A DNA stretch of 64,000 bases from contig NW_018407426.1 in the NCBI RefSeq assembly GCF_002113885.1, positions 1,424,908-1,488,907 of the forward strand. Direction: 5' to 3'. Positions 51,050-64,000 of this stretch are shown here, one piece after another. The notes beneath the pieces were generated by a model. It was not told the origin of the DNA. It was given only the letters and a program-made list of their open reading frames with translations, and made no database searches. This DNA is from Mizuhopecten yessoensis (Eukaryota). Made by a program: the position numbers and the translations under genes. The stretch's first letter is position 1. Each line of letters starts with the position of its first letter.

Positions 51050-54000
51050 CTCAGTTGTTCTGCTTTGCGAAGGAATTGTGAAGGCATGCGTTAAAAAAGG
51101 CTAACTAGTTTCAGTGGTTCTGCTCAGTGTAAGTATGTGTTCTGTCAGCTGTTTTCCATACATATATACCAATCAGTTCTGAAATTGAGCATGCACCACT
51201 AAAGACGAAGGGAAACATACGAATGAAAATTAGAAAGATTCCTCAAGCACTATTGGAGAAAAAGCTAAAATAGAAACTGTTTAAGGGGACAAAAGACCAC
51301 AAAATCGACAAAATTTCAACTTTTCCATGCATGGGTAGATGATATATTATATCATTATACAATATTTATGCCTGATTCAAAGCAATAGTCACTATGGCAA
51401 GTTTGTTAACGATGTGAATATTAATGTTATCATGAACATTTTTTGTGAAAATGTACTGGCAAGTCGTATATGGGGTACGAAAACACCACAAAGATTACAA
51501 ATTACTCCCCTTGTATCATGCCATTATACAATATTTATACAAACAGCATAATAATATTGCAACTTTTTGTAATTTTAATAAAACAGGTCAGAAATCAATG
51601 CTGAATGATACAGTGTCTGATATATACAGCACCCTAAAAAGTACTGACCATCACACCGTTTCATTTCATGTTACAGTAGTACTAAAAAGTATCAACTGCA
51701 TGTACCAAGCATAGCGTAGCAAAGGCACCAGCATACGGTGGAATAGGCAATGGGGGTATTTCTCAAGTTTGTTTTGTGTGTGAAAGATAGGCGATTGGTG
51801 TCTGTGTTCTTTTTTATGTCACAGTTCTTCCGACCATACTACACATTTAACACACTTTCAGGCACATGTCACTGGTGAGAAACTAAAATGCGTTTCTTGG
51901 GAATTAAGTATATTTGGCAGTACATATCAAAAACTCTTTTGTAGAGAAAAAAACCCAATTTTGATATGTACATTAAATCTCATACAGAATAAGCATCACC
52001 GCAAACATTTAGAAACCAGAGCATACTATCATCACACAATTATGCAAATTGGTTAAACCTACAAATGTGTTACTTGCAGACAAATATAGGTTTAAAGGAA
52101 CTTGACAAACCCAACAAACCTCTGTACATTACTTTGACCGACGAAAAAAGTTAATAATGTAAATTTTCGTTCAGTTCTTTTTGTGATGGAAGTGGTGGTA
52201 AATTTTGTGTTGTAGATAGGGAGTTTGCAGTTTCAAACTTTGTAAAAGGCTCTGGCTCTTTGGAACAATCTGGAAAACCCAAGAGAAGTGTACGTGACAA
52301 TATATGATAGACGCCGGTCACTTTACCGTAATGAACATGGTGGTCAAAGGGCTCTAGATAGGACAAGGCATCCATAGATAAATGCGGCAAGAACATATCT
52401 ACTTGTTCGCATGGATATAACTCTATTTTTGTATGACATGTTCATCCGGAGATATATATCCTGTGGATATGCCCGACACAATTAAATATTGATATATTTA
52501 TTCCTTAACTCGCGGATCACAAGACTATATAGGTAATGCACACGAACCAACAATAGTGCATACGTACAGTGTTAAACCTATTTCTATTATAATTTCTATC
52601 ATTCTTTGAAATACAGAATGACTGAATGCGTTGTTCATAGGCATTCTCATCCTCGATATCCAGGGCTTACGCTCACTTTCGCTCTCTACACCCCTGAAAT
52701 ATGTCATAGCGAAAGTGAAGGCTCGGTGTGCGCCACCTTGTTGATGAGACAAGAATACTAGTTCAATCCTTTGATGTACATCAAAAGAATCTCGCGGTCA
52801 CGTCACGGTAAAAATTGTCAGGTTTTGAAGTCGGGCGTCTCTCCTTTGTCATCTTCGAAGGACATGTATCAGCCTAGCGATTGGTCATGTTTTTTTGCAA
52901 AGGACCAATCAAACAGCTATCTTCGTGCCTTCAATTTTGCTATGACATATTCCAGGGGTGCAGAGAGCGAAAGTGAGCGTAACCCTGGATATCGAGGATG
53001 AGGCATTCTGAAACCAGAGAAAACCCCTGATGTTACAACCATTAAAGTGCTTTTTATCTATCCGAATTGAGAACATGAACTGAAGAAACAAGCGATGGAA
53101 GACTGTATACATCGCTGTCAGGCTCAATTGTTCTGTTTTGTGGAGCTATGCGTTTGAATCAAATGTGTTTAAATTGTTTTCATTTTTTCACATCTTCTTC
53201 CAATCGGTATCAAATTTGAGCATGCACTACTAAAGACGAGAGAGAAACTTCAAATGACATTTGAGACAATTGCTGTTTAAACTTTTTAAGGCGGACGACT
53301 GGCAACAAAATAACAAAATGCAACAACAATTTAACTTTTTTTTTATTTTATGCATGTGTAGAGGATGTATTATACCATTATACAATCTTTATACAAACAG
53401 CACGATAAGGTTGCAGCTTCTTGCAGTTTTAATAAAAGAGGTCAGGAATCAAGGCTAAAGGATATAGTTCCCGATATAACCAACACACGGAGTAGTATTG
53501 ACCATCACACTGTGCTATGATACAAAGCCACGCTAAAACAAGTTCATGTTATACCAGTACTGAAAAATGTCAACTACGTACCAAGTGTAGTGTAGCAGAG
53601 TAAATGAAAGTGTTTCACCAGCATACGGTGGAATAAGCAATGGATGTATTTCTCCAGTTTGTTAAGTGTATGAAAGATAACCGATTAGTGTTTATGTACT
53701 TTGCTATATCGTCAGTTCTTCTGACCATCCTACGCGTAATACATACTATCAGGCACAAGTCACTAGTAGGAAACGAAACTGAGTTTCTAATAAATAAAGT
53801 AAATTTTGCAGATAAAATCACAACTTTACCTTGTAGAATAAAAGCATTGGAATATGTTGAATTTATTTTCTTTCCTTTGAATACATGTCACAGCATTTAC
53901 AATTGATTTGGTGAATTCCTTCGCTCAAACGAAAGTGTAGGATAACAAATTAATTATGAAGAATAGCACCATCGTAAACATTAATAAACCATGGTATCAT

Positions 54001-54750
54001 GTTACCACTGATGTTTTGTTATTACTTAAGAGGGTTAAACTAACAATTTGTTCCCTGTGGACAAATTAAGGGTTTAAGGAGCTTGCCAAAGCCAACTTCC
54101 GTTAGTGCAATTGTTCAGAGAATGAAAACTATTGTCAGGTATGTAAATCTTCGTTCAGCTCGTGCAGTAATAGTAGTGAGGTTCATAAAAGACTTCTTTA
54201 GATCTTGGGACCTATATGAAAAATGTTCAATACATAGAGGAGGAAAGTTTATATGACTGGGAATAGGTGTTTAGGACTGGCAAGAACATATTTTCCAATG
54301 TATTTACTTTTTGTCTCTTGTGTACATTTGCTACACACGTTTCCTTCATAGAAAAGATAATCGGAGAAAAAATACAAGAAAACTAAAAGAGTACATAGGT
54401 AGTGTGTTGATACTATTAATGCTCTTTGTTCGCATGGATGTGACTAACGCTATTATTGTAATGACATGTTCATGCGAGAATATATACCATGTGAATATGC
54501 CCGACACATTAAAATCTTCATTGAAGTCTACAGTTTCAATTCCTTGTGTTCATCAGTCTGTATTAAGGTGAGACACAAGGAAATTATGAAAAAACTTTGG
54601 TTAAGAACTGTTTTAGTCTTAATTATAATAATTTATTCATCAACTGCAGAACTACTGAAGGGATGGTGAAAATGTTCGGAAAGTAATATATGTGTAAAGA
54701 ACGGTGATGTAATTCAGCAATCTGACGAGATATATAAACCATTTGATACA
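51050..54750 (-). pseudogene. diverged tandem duplication (~51050-52490 vs ~53120-54515), probably two decayed intronless class-A GPCR genes
   Basis: The duplication is directly visible (e.g. GAGCATGCAC.ACTAAAGACGA, CACCAGCATACGGTGGAATA, ATATGCCCGACACA each twice). Minus-strand remnants in correct TM order: KTVLNQSFFIISLCLT, LCRAYP..IYL.MNMS, FTYLTIVFIL..VGFGKLLK, IAYSTVCW*NTFIYSA. Many stops and frameshifts. Confidence 0.4.
52648..53000. mobile_element. 353-bp MITE with ~75-bp TIRs and 9-bp TSD (AcademH- or MuDR-type)
   Basis: TIR CATCCTCGATATCCAGGG(C)TTACGCTCACTTTCGCTCTCT.CACCCCTG.AATATGTCATAGC; flanking AGGCATTCT on both sides. Confidence 0.85.
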
Positions 54751-55771
54751 TACACCATCAACTTTGGTAAATAATGAAGGAGTTCGGTAAATTAATATGT
54801 TAAGAGAAACGTATATGTTTCAATGGGTTTTTTCGTTACAGGTACGTTTATATTGAGTGACTAGTTTCAATGGCTTTGTTCAGTGTTGGTATGTGTATAG
54901 ACTGTCTGCTGTTTAACTGTTTTTGTTTAGTGTTGGTTTGCGTTTGTATAGAATAGCTATAACCTCAATGGTTCTGTGCATTGTAGATACGTATATAGAC
55001 TGTCTACTGTGTTACTGGTTTGTTATTGAAAGTATGCGTATAAACTGTCAACTGTTTTACTGCTTTTTCTCAGTGTAGTTATGCGTTCATATAGAATAGC
55101 TACAACCTCAATATATAGTTTTGCTTGTATAAACTAATTAGCTGCTGTCTAAATAGTGTTGTACAGTGTATGTATGTTTTGGTACTGTCAAAATTTCTCC
55201 TCGAGAGAAGACAACCATGTTCGTTTTGTTAAGAAAGGTAACCAGAAGTACAGACTAGCTAGAAACAGAGGCATTGAGGATAACAGATGATAGTGATTCT
55301 TCATGAATGTAGGTAAGAATAAATGATTACCTTAAACTCGAAACACAGGTAGGTCAATCGAAATTGGATTGAAATTCATTTTACCAATAATATTAAAATA
55401 GGGTTTCAAAATAAAAATGATAATGCGTTCAATAAATAATTGAGGTTAAATAAGTTATAAAACCTGGAGAAGAGGCAGCCTTTTCTCAACAGAATTAACT
55501 GGTGTGACATCTGATTTAAAACAAATTTTATACAATAATAGTAATGCTAAACACAAGATGCATGGTGACATGATATGCTCCCCTTTGTGGCTGATTTTGA
55601 TATACCTACTGATATCTACCATGTACAGCATAAATAATATATACACAATATATTCCGACAAACCCATGCATTATACAAACTTATCAATAAACAAATAAGT
55701 TAAACATAAATATCTTCATAAAATGATGTACCATTACCTCACCTGGAATAGGTTTCGTGAAGCTGTATTAA

Positions 55772-55854
55772 CCCTTTCACCCCTATGTAACTTAGGTAAA
55801 CTCTACCACGTATTAATATGGACAAGTCCATTATGGTTTACAGGGGTGAAAGGT
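55772..55854. mobile_element. ~83-bp TTAA MITE, same subfamily as 28599-28681
   Basis: TTAA|CCCTTTCACCCCTATGTAAC...CAGGGGTGAAAGG. Confidence 0.7.
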
Positions 55855-56636
55855 TTACTAATTGGTGACACATGAAGGTAAAATTGGAGGTCATTTGTAT
55901 AAAACTGAAAACAAAACATACATGTCATGGGATTCAAAAACCTCACTTATATCTGTGTTAAATAAAAAGGCAAATTTGACCATTTGACATAAGGATCCCT
56001 GTTCCACTGCTAAAAACTGTAACTACCGATTAGAAATGTCCCCCTGGCATGAGTATAGCTTCTATTAATCACTTCTGAATTGAAAACTATACCTTGTGAT
56101 AAAATAAGTAAGATATAATCAGCAGCAGTGTTCTGAGTGTAAAAATTAGCAGCACTTCACAGGGATTCTAACCCTAGACTTCATATTGTTATAGTGATGG
56201 TCCAACCAACTCACCTTCCAGGTCGATGAAATCATTCTAGTCCAACTGTGCTACAGTTATATTTAAAATGAAATTAACAGGGGCTTACTGTTTATACGAA
56301 AAACGACAGTGCAGTGGGACAGGAAACCTTAATAGTCTTCATTGGTATTGGTAAATGTAGTGATACAACTGGATCCTGCAACTAGTTATTCAAATAAGTT
56401 CTGAAGATTTTTTAACTAAAGTGTTTTTCATATGGTAGTATTGTGTTTCTTTTTTTTTAAGGATGAATATTGTATTTCATTATTTTACAGGTTAATGCTG
56501 ATGAAGGAATTCAACGAAATAACGACATGACAAACTTTTCTATTTAAAAAAAAAAAAAATGGGGGGGGGGGGGATTTCTCTCTGAACGTTTATATTTGTG
56601 TATCAGTAACCAACATAGTTTTTTTTAACAATATTT

Positions 56637-57912
56637 AAACAAGAGGCCCAATGGGCCTGCATCGCTCACAAGGTATAAAACTCCCACTTGTAACCTTAAA
56701 GTGATCTAAAATAAAGCTACAGCCAAAATATCAGTATTTATGATTAAAATTTGTTCAAAAGACCCTGTTAATTTTTTTCAAAACATTTCGCCCCTGTGAT
56801 TGAAAGTCGAACAAAGTCATTATGTTGAACACATTGTATAGCCTTTCATCTCAGGATGAAGCTTGCAAAGTATAAACATGCTGGGACCCATGGTTATTCA
56901 TAAGAGGTTGTTTAAAGATTTTAAACAAATTTGACCCCTGTGACCTTGAATATAATTGAAGGTCATTCATTTGAAAAAACTTTGTAGCCCTTCATCTCAG
57001 CTAGCTACTGGCCAAATATTATCACCCTGGGCAGTTTGGTTATTGAGAAGATTTTGTTTAAAGTTTTTAACATATTTGACCCCTGTGACCTTGAATATGG
57101 TTGAAGGTCATTTATTTGAACAAACTTTGTAGCCCTTCATCTCAGCTAGCTACTGGCCAAATATTATCACCCTGGGCAGTTTGGTTATTGAGAAGATGTT
57201 GTTTAAAGTTTTTAACATATATGACCCCTGTGACCTTGAAAGTGGGTAAATGTCATTCATTTGAACAAACTTGGTAGCCCTTGATCCTAGTATGCTGCTG
57301 ACAAAATATCATCACCCAGGGCATTTTGATTATTCAGAAGAAGTTATTTGAAGGTTATTTAAGACAATTGACCCCCTGTGACCTTGAATATAAGTCAAAG
57401 TCATTCACTTTAACAAACATAGTAGTCCTTGATCCCAGCATATGCTACTAACTAAATATCAACATCCTGAGCCTTTTGGTTATTCAGAAGAAGTTATTTA
57501 AAGGTTATTTAAGACAATTGACCCCCTGTGACCTTGAATATAATTGAAGGTCATTCATTTGAACAAACTTTGTAGCCCTTCACCCTAGCACGCTACTGAC
57601 CAAATATCATCTCCCTTGGCAGTTTGGTTATTGAGAAGAAGTTGTTTAAAGTTTTTAACATATATGACCCCTGTGACCTTGAAAATAGATGAAGGTCATT
57701 TATTTGAACAAACTTGGTAGCCCTTCATCCCAGTTTGCTTCTGGCCAAATATCATCACCCTAGGCCTTTCGGTTATTAAGAAGAAGTCGTTTAAAGTAAA
57801 ATATTGACGCCGGACGACGGACGGACGACGGACGGACAGACGGACGGACGGACGACGGACGCCGCACCACGGCATAAGCTCACTTGGCACTTCGTGCCAG
57901 GTGAGCTAAAAA
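56637..57912 (-). mobile_element. HINE/Helentron-associated element with internal ~150-bp tandem array (~7 units)
   Basis: Same termini as 34045-34715 (AGAGGCCCAATGGGCC; (GACG)n; AGCTCAC-hairpin-GTGAGCTAAAA). Internal units are marked by TGACCCCTGTGACCTTGAA. Confidence 0.88.
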
Positions 57913-59463
57913 GTGTTACATGAATGACGTAACACACAGACTTCCTGGGCTTATTGCAAGATAAATAGAGAATGTTTCTTTCTGATCCAATATGGTGTGG
58001 AATTCCTGGCTATAATATTTTGGAGATTAAACCTTTTGATAGGCTTTATACTGTATAACATTGAATAATTCAACATTGGCTAGCCATCTTTAAAACTTAT
58101 CATTTAATTTTCTGTCTTGAAATACAAGAATTGTTTCATAACTGATTTTGTTTTCAAACGCAAGAGTAATGACATATGTACAATTCAATGTATGATTGAT
58201 AAATGAAACCAAAATTGTACAGTCATTTAATACTTACAACAAAAAGCTATGAAGCTCTGAGTTATCTCCCTTAATAAGCACATTCCAGTTCACTAAGTGT
58301 GACATCAGTTTAGTGATTTCCACACGACCGATCACTGATGCTGCCCCTTACCATTGACATGAGAAAAATTGCCATTGGACATACTTCCATTTCCTAGGTA
58401 AATTTGCATCGGGGTATAACTCCTTTTATCTATGACAAACTGCTAAGGGAAATAGCTCTACTTATAAATGTCACACTGCCACATGACATAACTTTAGTAA
58501 TAGAACATGGCTTGACTTTGGCTATATGTACTTTATAAACAAGCATTTTGTACAGTTGAAAAACAAATGTTAAAATGACAGCGAGATGTGTAAAGTATAA
58601 CTTATAGATGCGTATATGTTGAATGGCTTAAGATGCGTATATATAAAAGATGATGTTATTTTACCCTGTCACATTATAATGCAACTTACAGATTATAAAT
58701 CATTTTCATTAAATACAATTATATTAAATGTTGATATTTCCCTACCTGTACTTGAAACAACAACAGTGATGTATGGCAATATATCAGTGCTCTCATCATC
58801 CTTAATGCAACAGGACAAAAACAAAAAAGCAATTCTCAATAAAATCAAGTGAAACTTTCACAATTCAATGTACATAATTGTAAAACTAGACTGTTTAAAA
58901 CATTATCATATCCTAGATATTTATATACAAGGGAGATAATCTAAACTGGCAAGGGAGGTAATTACTCAGGGATGGCATTGTTACTGATGCCTTAATCAGT
59001 TACATATACACATTCACACATACTTACATGCATTAAGAATACTAGTAACTCCAAATATAGATTGTAGCATTTTGTGGATGACTTTCTTCCATCATATTCA
59101 GTTCAATTTTTCACCTATAAATTAGTATTGTGATTCATAACACTTAATATAAGTGACCATCTGTACATTGCAATTTGAACTCTATGTATACATTTCCGAA
59201 ATACTTCATAAACTTAAATGTTCACCTGTCTTGTGTGACCAATTTTCACTCCCTTTCAAAACTATACGGTATCCTTATTTTGAATATAGAAAATAAGAAT
59301 AAAATTATGACCTAAATAAGATAATACAACACATTTGCTATCAGTATTCGCCTGAACTTGCCATTTTCATAATTTAAGTTTTTACAGCTCACTGCTATGG
59401 CAGACAACACAGATATTTCAGATATCAAATACGTTTGTACACAGAACCCAGCAATGAACTTAA

Positions 59464-59546
59464 CTCATTCACCCCTGAGGACACATTTGAACTCTTCCTA
59501 TTCAAAAGTTGGAATAGTTCATTATGAAATTTCAGGGGTGAATGAG
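59464..59546. mobile_element. 83-bp TTAA-flanked MITE (piggyBac-like)
   Basis: TTAA|CTCATTCACCCCTGA...TCAGGGGTGAATGAG|TTAA, perfect 15-bp TIR. Confidence 0.85.
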
Positions 59547-60023
59547 TTAAAGTCTTACAACGTTGTACATCACAGCTTTGCCCAAGCTTTTTCATTCCAT
59601 ATTACTAACACTGCAACTTCAAAGCTTATCAAAAACATTGTCATATCTAAAATATATCTTTATCACCATTGTTTCTGAACAATATCACATGATTTCTGCA
59701 AAGAGTCTTGTAGTACAACATTTATAGCACATCTGACAACAGCTGAAAACCTATAACTAGTATATACGAGAATCTGTGATCCCAAAAAACTACCTGGGCC
59801 ATCCATATAAAATTGTTTCCCAACTCACATTTATTTCAGTTGGTAGGTATTGATATTTCTATTTTTAGACATCTCATATATCTACATAAAAAAGTTTCAG
59901 CACTTTTTCTGCAAAAATAAATAAATACTGACAGTTCCAAAGAGATATTTGAGTAGGTGCACTTTTTAGTGTGTCTGCAAACAAACAGTTTTTATAAAGG
60001 ACAGCCCTGGCCTGATGCTTTAA

Positions 60024-60106
60024 CTAATTCACCCCTGAAGACACATTTGAACTCTTCCAGTTCAAATGTTGGAATAGTTCATTAAGGAATTTCAGGGGTG
60101 AATGAG
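60024..60106. mobile_element. 83-bp TTAA-flanked MITE (piggyBac-like)
   Basis: Close copy of 59464-59546 with TTAA on both sides. Confidence 0.8.
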
Positions 60107-62091
60107 TTAACATGTATCAGCTAAGGTAGTTTATATTATAGTCTGTTATTCCAACAGCTTAGCTTTATGCTTTAACACATATAAGCCAATCTCCTGTGAT
60201 GTGTAATGACCTCTTTCAGGTATTTTTACCTAATAATTCAGATAAATGTGTAAAAAGTTAATTGCAGCAAAAACATCACCAAACTTTGTGTACCACTTTC
60301 TGTTGAAGGTATTAAACACCACAAAATATTTTACAAATTAAACATAAAGATCACATTCTATAATCTTAAATACACTTTTGGCATTTTGAACTCTCATTTA
60401 CTTTTCTGAGCATTATATTTAATCTTGATTTATTAATAATATGTATGTTTTTTTGTATATGGCATTACTTTACATGGCATTACTTTGTATGGCATTTTGA
60501 ACTTTTTCAATATTTGAGATATTACAAAATTAGAACTTTTTTTTATTACATACACATAGTCTGCAGACAACATACTCAGCCAATTGGATCCAAAACAACC
60601 AGTATATGCATTTTCCTCAAATTCATACATATTACTCAGAACTGTATCGCTGCCGTGAGGCAGGCAATAAGACAACAATGTAGGCAGCAAATACCAGCTT
60701 TTGTCAAACAATGCATACACGTCAGCATTGATATATTACATTGATTGTCAGCATTTATCGAAGAATACAGTAATTGTTAGCATAATCGTATAATGCTGTG
60801 TTATTCCAACAAAGGTTTTAGTATCGCAATCTATTCACCTTTTTTATGTTATCACAATTACTAATGAACCCCACAAATATATCTGTTGACTCAAACTACG
60901 GTATAAGTCTAAGAAAGGCATGACTAGATTGCATGGAATTTATTTGAAATACATTATTTGTTTTCACATCAACACTACTGTCAAAAGAATTAAGTATTAT
61001 ATATACATTTAGTTATCCTCTTAAAAAATCTGTTAATTTTTGTGAGTTTGTCACTTTAATAATACATAAACGGTAACTTTGATAAAACTTTGAAGAGCTA
61101 TGTTATTCTAAAACTAGAAAGTACCCTTCAACCTTTCATCTGCTAAAACGTAATTCAATTTCAAATAATCCTGGCACAGGTTTAATAAATGAATTTCAAA
61201 CTTCAATTGTTGCCAGTTTCAAAATTTCTCCTAAAATCAAAATCTATATTTAACAGTGAAATTGATATCACATTACAACTGTACTGCTCCATATATGATG
61301 AAAACCCCAAACGTTTTTAAGTTATGCCCTGAACCTTCTCAGGATCATTCAGGATTCTATAACATATTTTATTGGATGATTATCAAGTTTTAAAGATTTA
61401 AACTTCAAGTTGGTGATAAGGTCTTAACCAGCAGGAACAAAATTCACCATTACTATTCAGACTTGATAGCTACCTCAATTGAGTTTCAATAATACCTTCC
61501 AGGTAGATGTAACTAAGAACTCTTGGTTGAAGGAAATCTAATTCAAGATATTAAAATTCTGAAGAAAACACAGGAATTTATACAAAAACCTATTAATTTC
61601 TTCAAAAGACTGAAAAATCCTGAATTCACATAATAGTCCAATATACCAGCTTCAAGTTCATAACCTTCTGCTTCCTCTCAAAGTCCCTCTGATAATATTT
61701 GAAACATCAGTTTAATACTTTTATCATTGCATTTATCAATAATTGCAGATAATTGCAAAGTAGGATAATGGCCGACTAATAATAAAATATCAAAACTGAT
61801 AAAATTTCAGAGATTTAGTTTTTATAAGAGGCTGCTGACAAATGGGAGTTGTTTTCCCCTCATAATCCTTTTTGACACAAGGATAGGACCTAAGAGTAGA
61901 GGGTAATTTTCTTCAGCATATGTATGTATGCAACATTATTCTGTCCTTATTTGTCAAAGTTTATAACACATACAACAGATTTCAATAGAGGTTACTTTGT
62001 CTCAGTGATAGGCTTACAACACCATAATTGGATTTAACTAAAGAAAAAGTTTTTGTTTTTTGTGACGCATATTCAACAAAGGTGACAGGTT

Positions 62092-62327
62092 TTAACTGTA
62101 AATGGTAATTTTCTTCGTGATAGGTTTGCGACACATGTGACAGATTTTGAGTGCCTCGCCGCACTTGTTGCAGACACTGTGCCCACACAGGAAGACCATG
62201 TCTCGTCGTCGCTCCATACAGATGGTACACAGTATGTTCTCCTCCATCTCCTGTAGGCGGCGTTGTAGTACGTTGGACTCGGAGTCTGTCGACAGGGAAT
62301 TACTGTTTATCTGTAGTTTGGTTCCAT
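62092..62327 (-). CDS. MIB2: last coding exon of mind bomb E3 ligase, most likely MIB2 (C-terminal RING)
   Basis: Acceptor ttttag|ATGGAACC. Peptide LQRRLQEMEENILCTICMERRRDMVFLCGHSVCNKCGEALKICHMCRKPITKKITIYS* is a coiled coil plus C3HC4 RING. ICMER.RD and CHMCRK resemble invertebrate Mib2 more than Mib1. Upstream exons lie outside the window. Confidence 0.8.
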
Positions 62328-62919
62328 CTAAAATTACATACATTCAAGATGATCAGTATTGATCTCGTAACTTATGATATAAAGTAATAACAACAGAATG
62401 GTCTAATATTTCTTTGCTTATATATTCAAGATACTAAGAAAATAATTTAACTTCCTTTTCTGTAGCTTTTTAATCTCAATTTTCACACAGAATAAATATT
62501 TTAGAACATATTTCATACAAAGAACGATTTGCTGTCAAACCTTTTTGACAAGAAACTCAACATCTTAAATAAACACATTCTACTTTGGTTGTTTAAATAA
62601 TGTCATAAACACTTTTCAGGTGAGCTATATTTTTTTATAATTCAATTTACTCTAGTGCTAACAGGAGATTAGAATTGTGGAGTTATCAAAATGTGACTAA
62701 GAATTGGTGTTTACATTTAATTAATTAGGATGGATGTTATTTGTATTCACAAATTACAGGTAAGTCAGTTCAGCGGGTCAGTTTGGTGATTTACTGTTTG
62801 TTTATAGCTCAGAGACAAGGGTCCAGTAGCTGAGGAGAAAGTGATAATGTCAAAGGTTAAGAGCTTTACTAGTGTGGTATCTTTAGACCGTAGTCCAGTC
62901 CTCATATTTCAGAAAGAGT

Positions 62920-63090
62920 TAGATATGAATAGGTATGTGGTCATTCTGAGGGATTGAGATATAAATAGGTGTGTAGTCATTCTGAGGGATTGAGATATAG
63001 ATAGGTGTGTGGTCATGCTGACGGACTGAGATACAAATACAGGTGTGGTCATTTTCAGGGACTGGTGTATTAATAGGTATATAAAGGTAA
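62920..63090. repeat. ~38-bp tandem repeat, ~4 units
   Basis: ATAGGTGTGTGGTCATTCTGAGGGATTGAGAT repeated. Confidence 0.7.
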
Positions 63091-63299
63091 ATAGGGAAGG
63101 CATGTATATCTAATGAGCTGGCCAGTTACTGGTATTAATAGATTTTCTAGTCCATACATCATGGTCTAATTTTAGACACTAATTTTGTACTAGGTGGTTT
63201 TCATAGTTTGTATTTAGAAGAAGCTCTATATTTATCTAGTCACTCTATCTTTTGTTTATCTTGTCTTTGGTGATATTTAGTATATTATACAATTAACTA

Positions 63300-63480
63300 A
63301 TTTAAGTCAGTCTTTGGGTATTTTAGTTTATGATGGTATTGGCTAAGTTTAGTCTGTCTTTGGGTATTTTAGTTTACGATGTTATTAGCTAAGTTTAGTC
63401 TGTCTTTGGGTATATATTAGATTACGATGTTATTGGCTAAGTTAAGTATGGCTTTGGGTTTATTTAGTATATGATGTCAT
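63300..63480. repeat. ~46-bp tandem repeat, ~4 units
   Basis: AAGTTTAGTCTGTCTTTGGGTATTTTAGTTTACGATGTTATT.GCT repeated. Confidence 0.75.
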
Positions 63481-64000
63481 TATCTAGAAATAGTAGTACT
63501 TATAAAAGGGATGTTAGGAGTTAAAGAGGGGAGTAAGTTGAGAATTAAGATTTAGTAGACAATGAAGAGTCACTTCCGAACAGAGAGTTTTGAGAAAATT
63601 CTGTAGAGAAGAATTAATGATGATTCGGAGAGTATTCTGTAGACTTGTGAGGAGTCTAGTAGAGTGATTTGTAGAGTGAAGATTTTAGTAGTTTGTTGAA
63701 TTTAGCAGTGTATTGAGTAGTTTAGACTTCACTTATTCAGTTATACTGCTTTTGAATGACATTTTCAGACTTCCAAAGTTTGGCTTAACTATTTTATTTA
63801 AAGGAATTTCAGTCGACTTAATTTGATCTCAAATTTGATATTACTAAGAGCTTATTACAAAGTGTGTCAATTTTGCTTTGGTTATACACTTCACTCCTGA
63901 AGACACTTTTATCTAACAATTTACTGGAACTAGTAACAAGTACATTGATTTAATTTCTTTTAATAAAACTTAAGTTCACTTTATGAAATCCTGTATGTTG

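Overview
This is AT-rich, intron-rich animal DNA with two assembly gaps (9615-10171, 16636-16784). A bivalve mollusc is my inference from its CORE/V-type SINEs and HINE elements. I built gene models by hand from splice sites. They are: the 5' part of an unidentified minus-strand gene (1513-3550); PEX2 (+, five coding exons, N-terminal exon not visible); a complete 7-exon MAD2L2/REV7 (-, 213 aa); an unrecognised 4-exon 221-aa gene (-); a 4-exon 312-aa gene (-) with a RHIM-like motif, coiled coil and death-fold-like C-terminus; a pair of probable decayed GPCR pseudogenes; and the last exon of MIB2 (-). The rest is SINEs, MITEs, HINEs, a LINE remnant and many tandem arrays. Three observations stand out. 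First, a 3.5-kb minisatellite in a REV7 intron is about 109 copies of that gene's own exon-5 end plus 5' splice site. Second, the 312-aa gene looks like a kinase-less RHIM + death-domain adaptor (IMD/RIPK1-like architecture). Third, a 62-bp satellite can be traced to the terminal inverted repeat of a MITE present intact elsewhere in the window. The ~1000-aa ORFs in the track are repeat artefacts.
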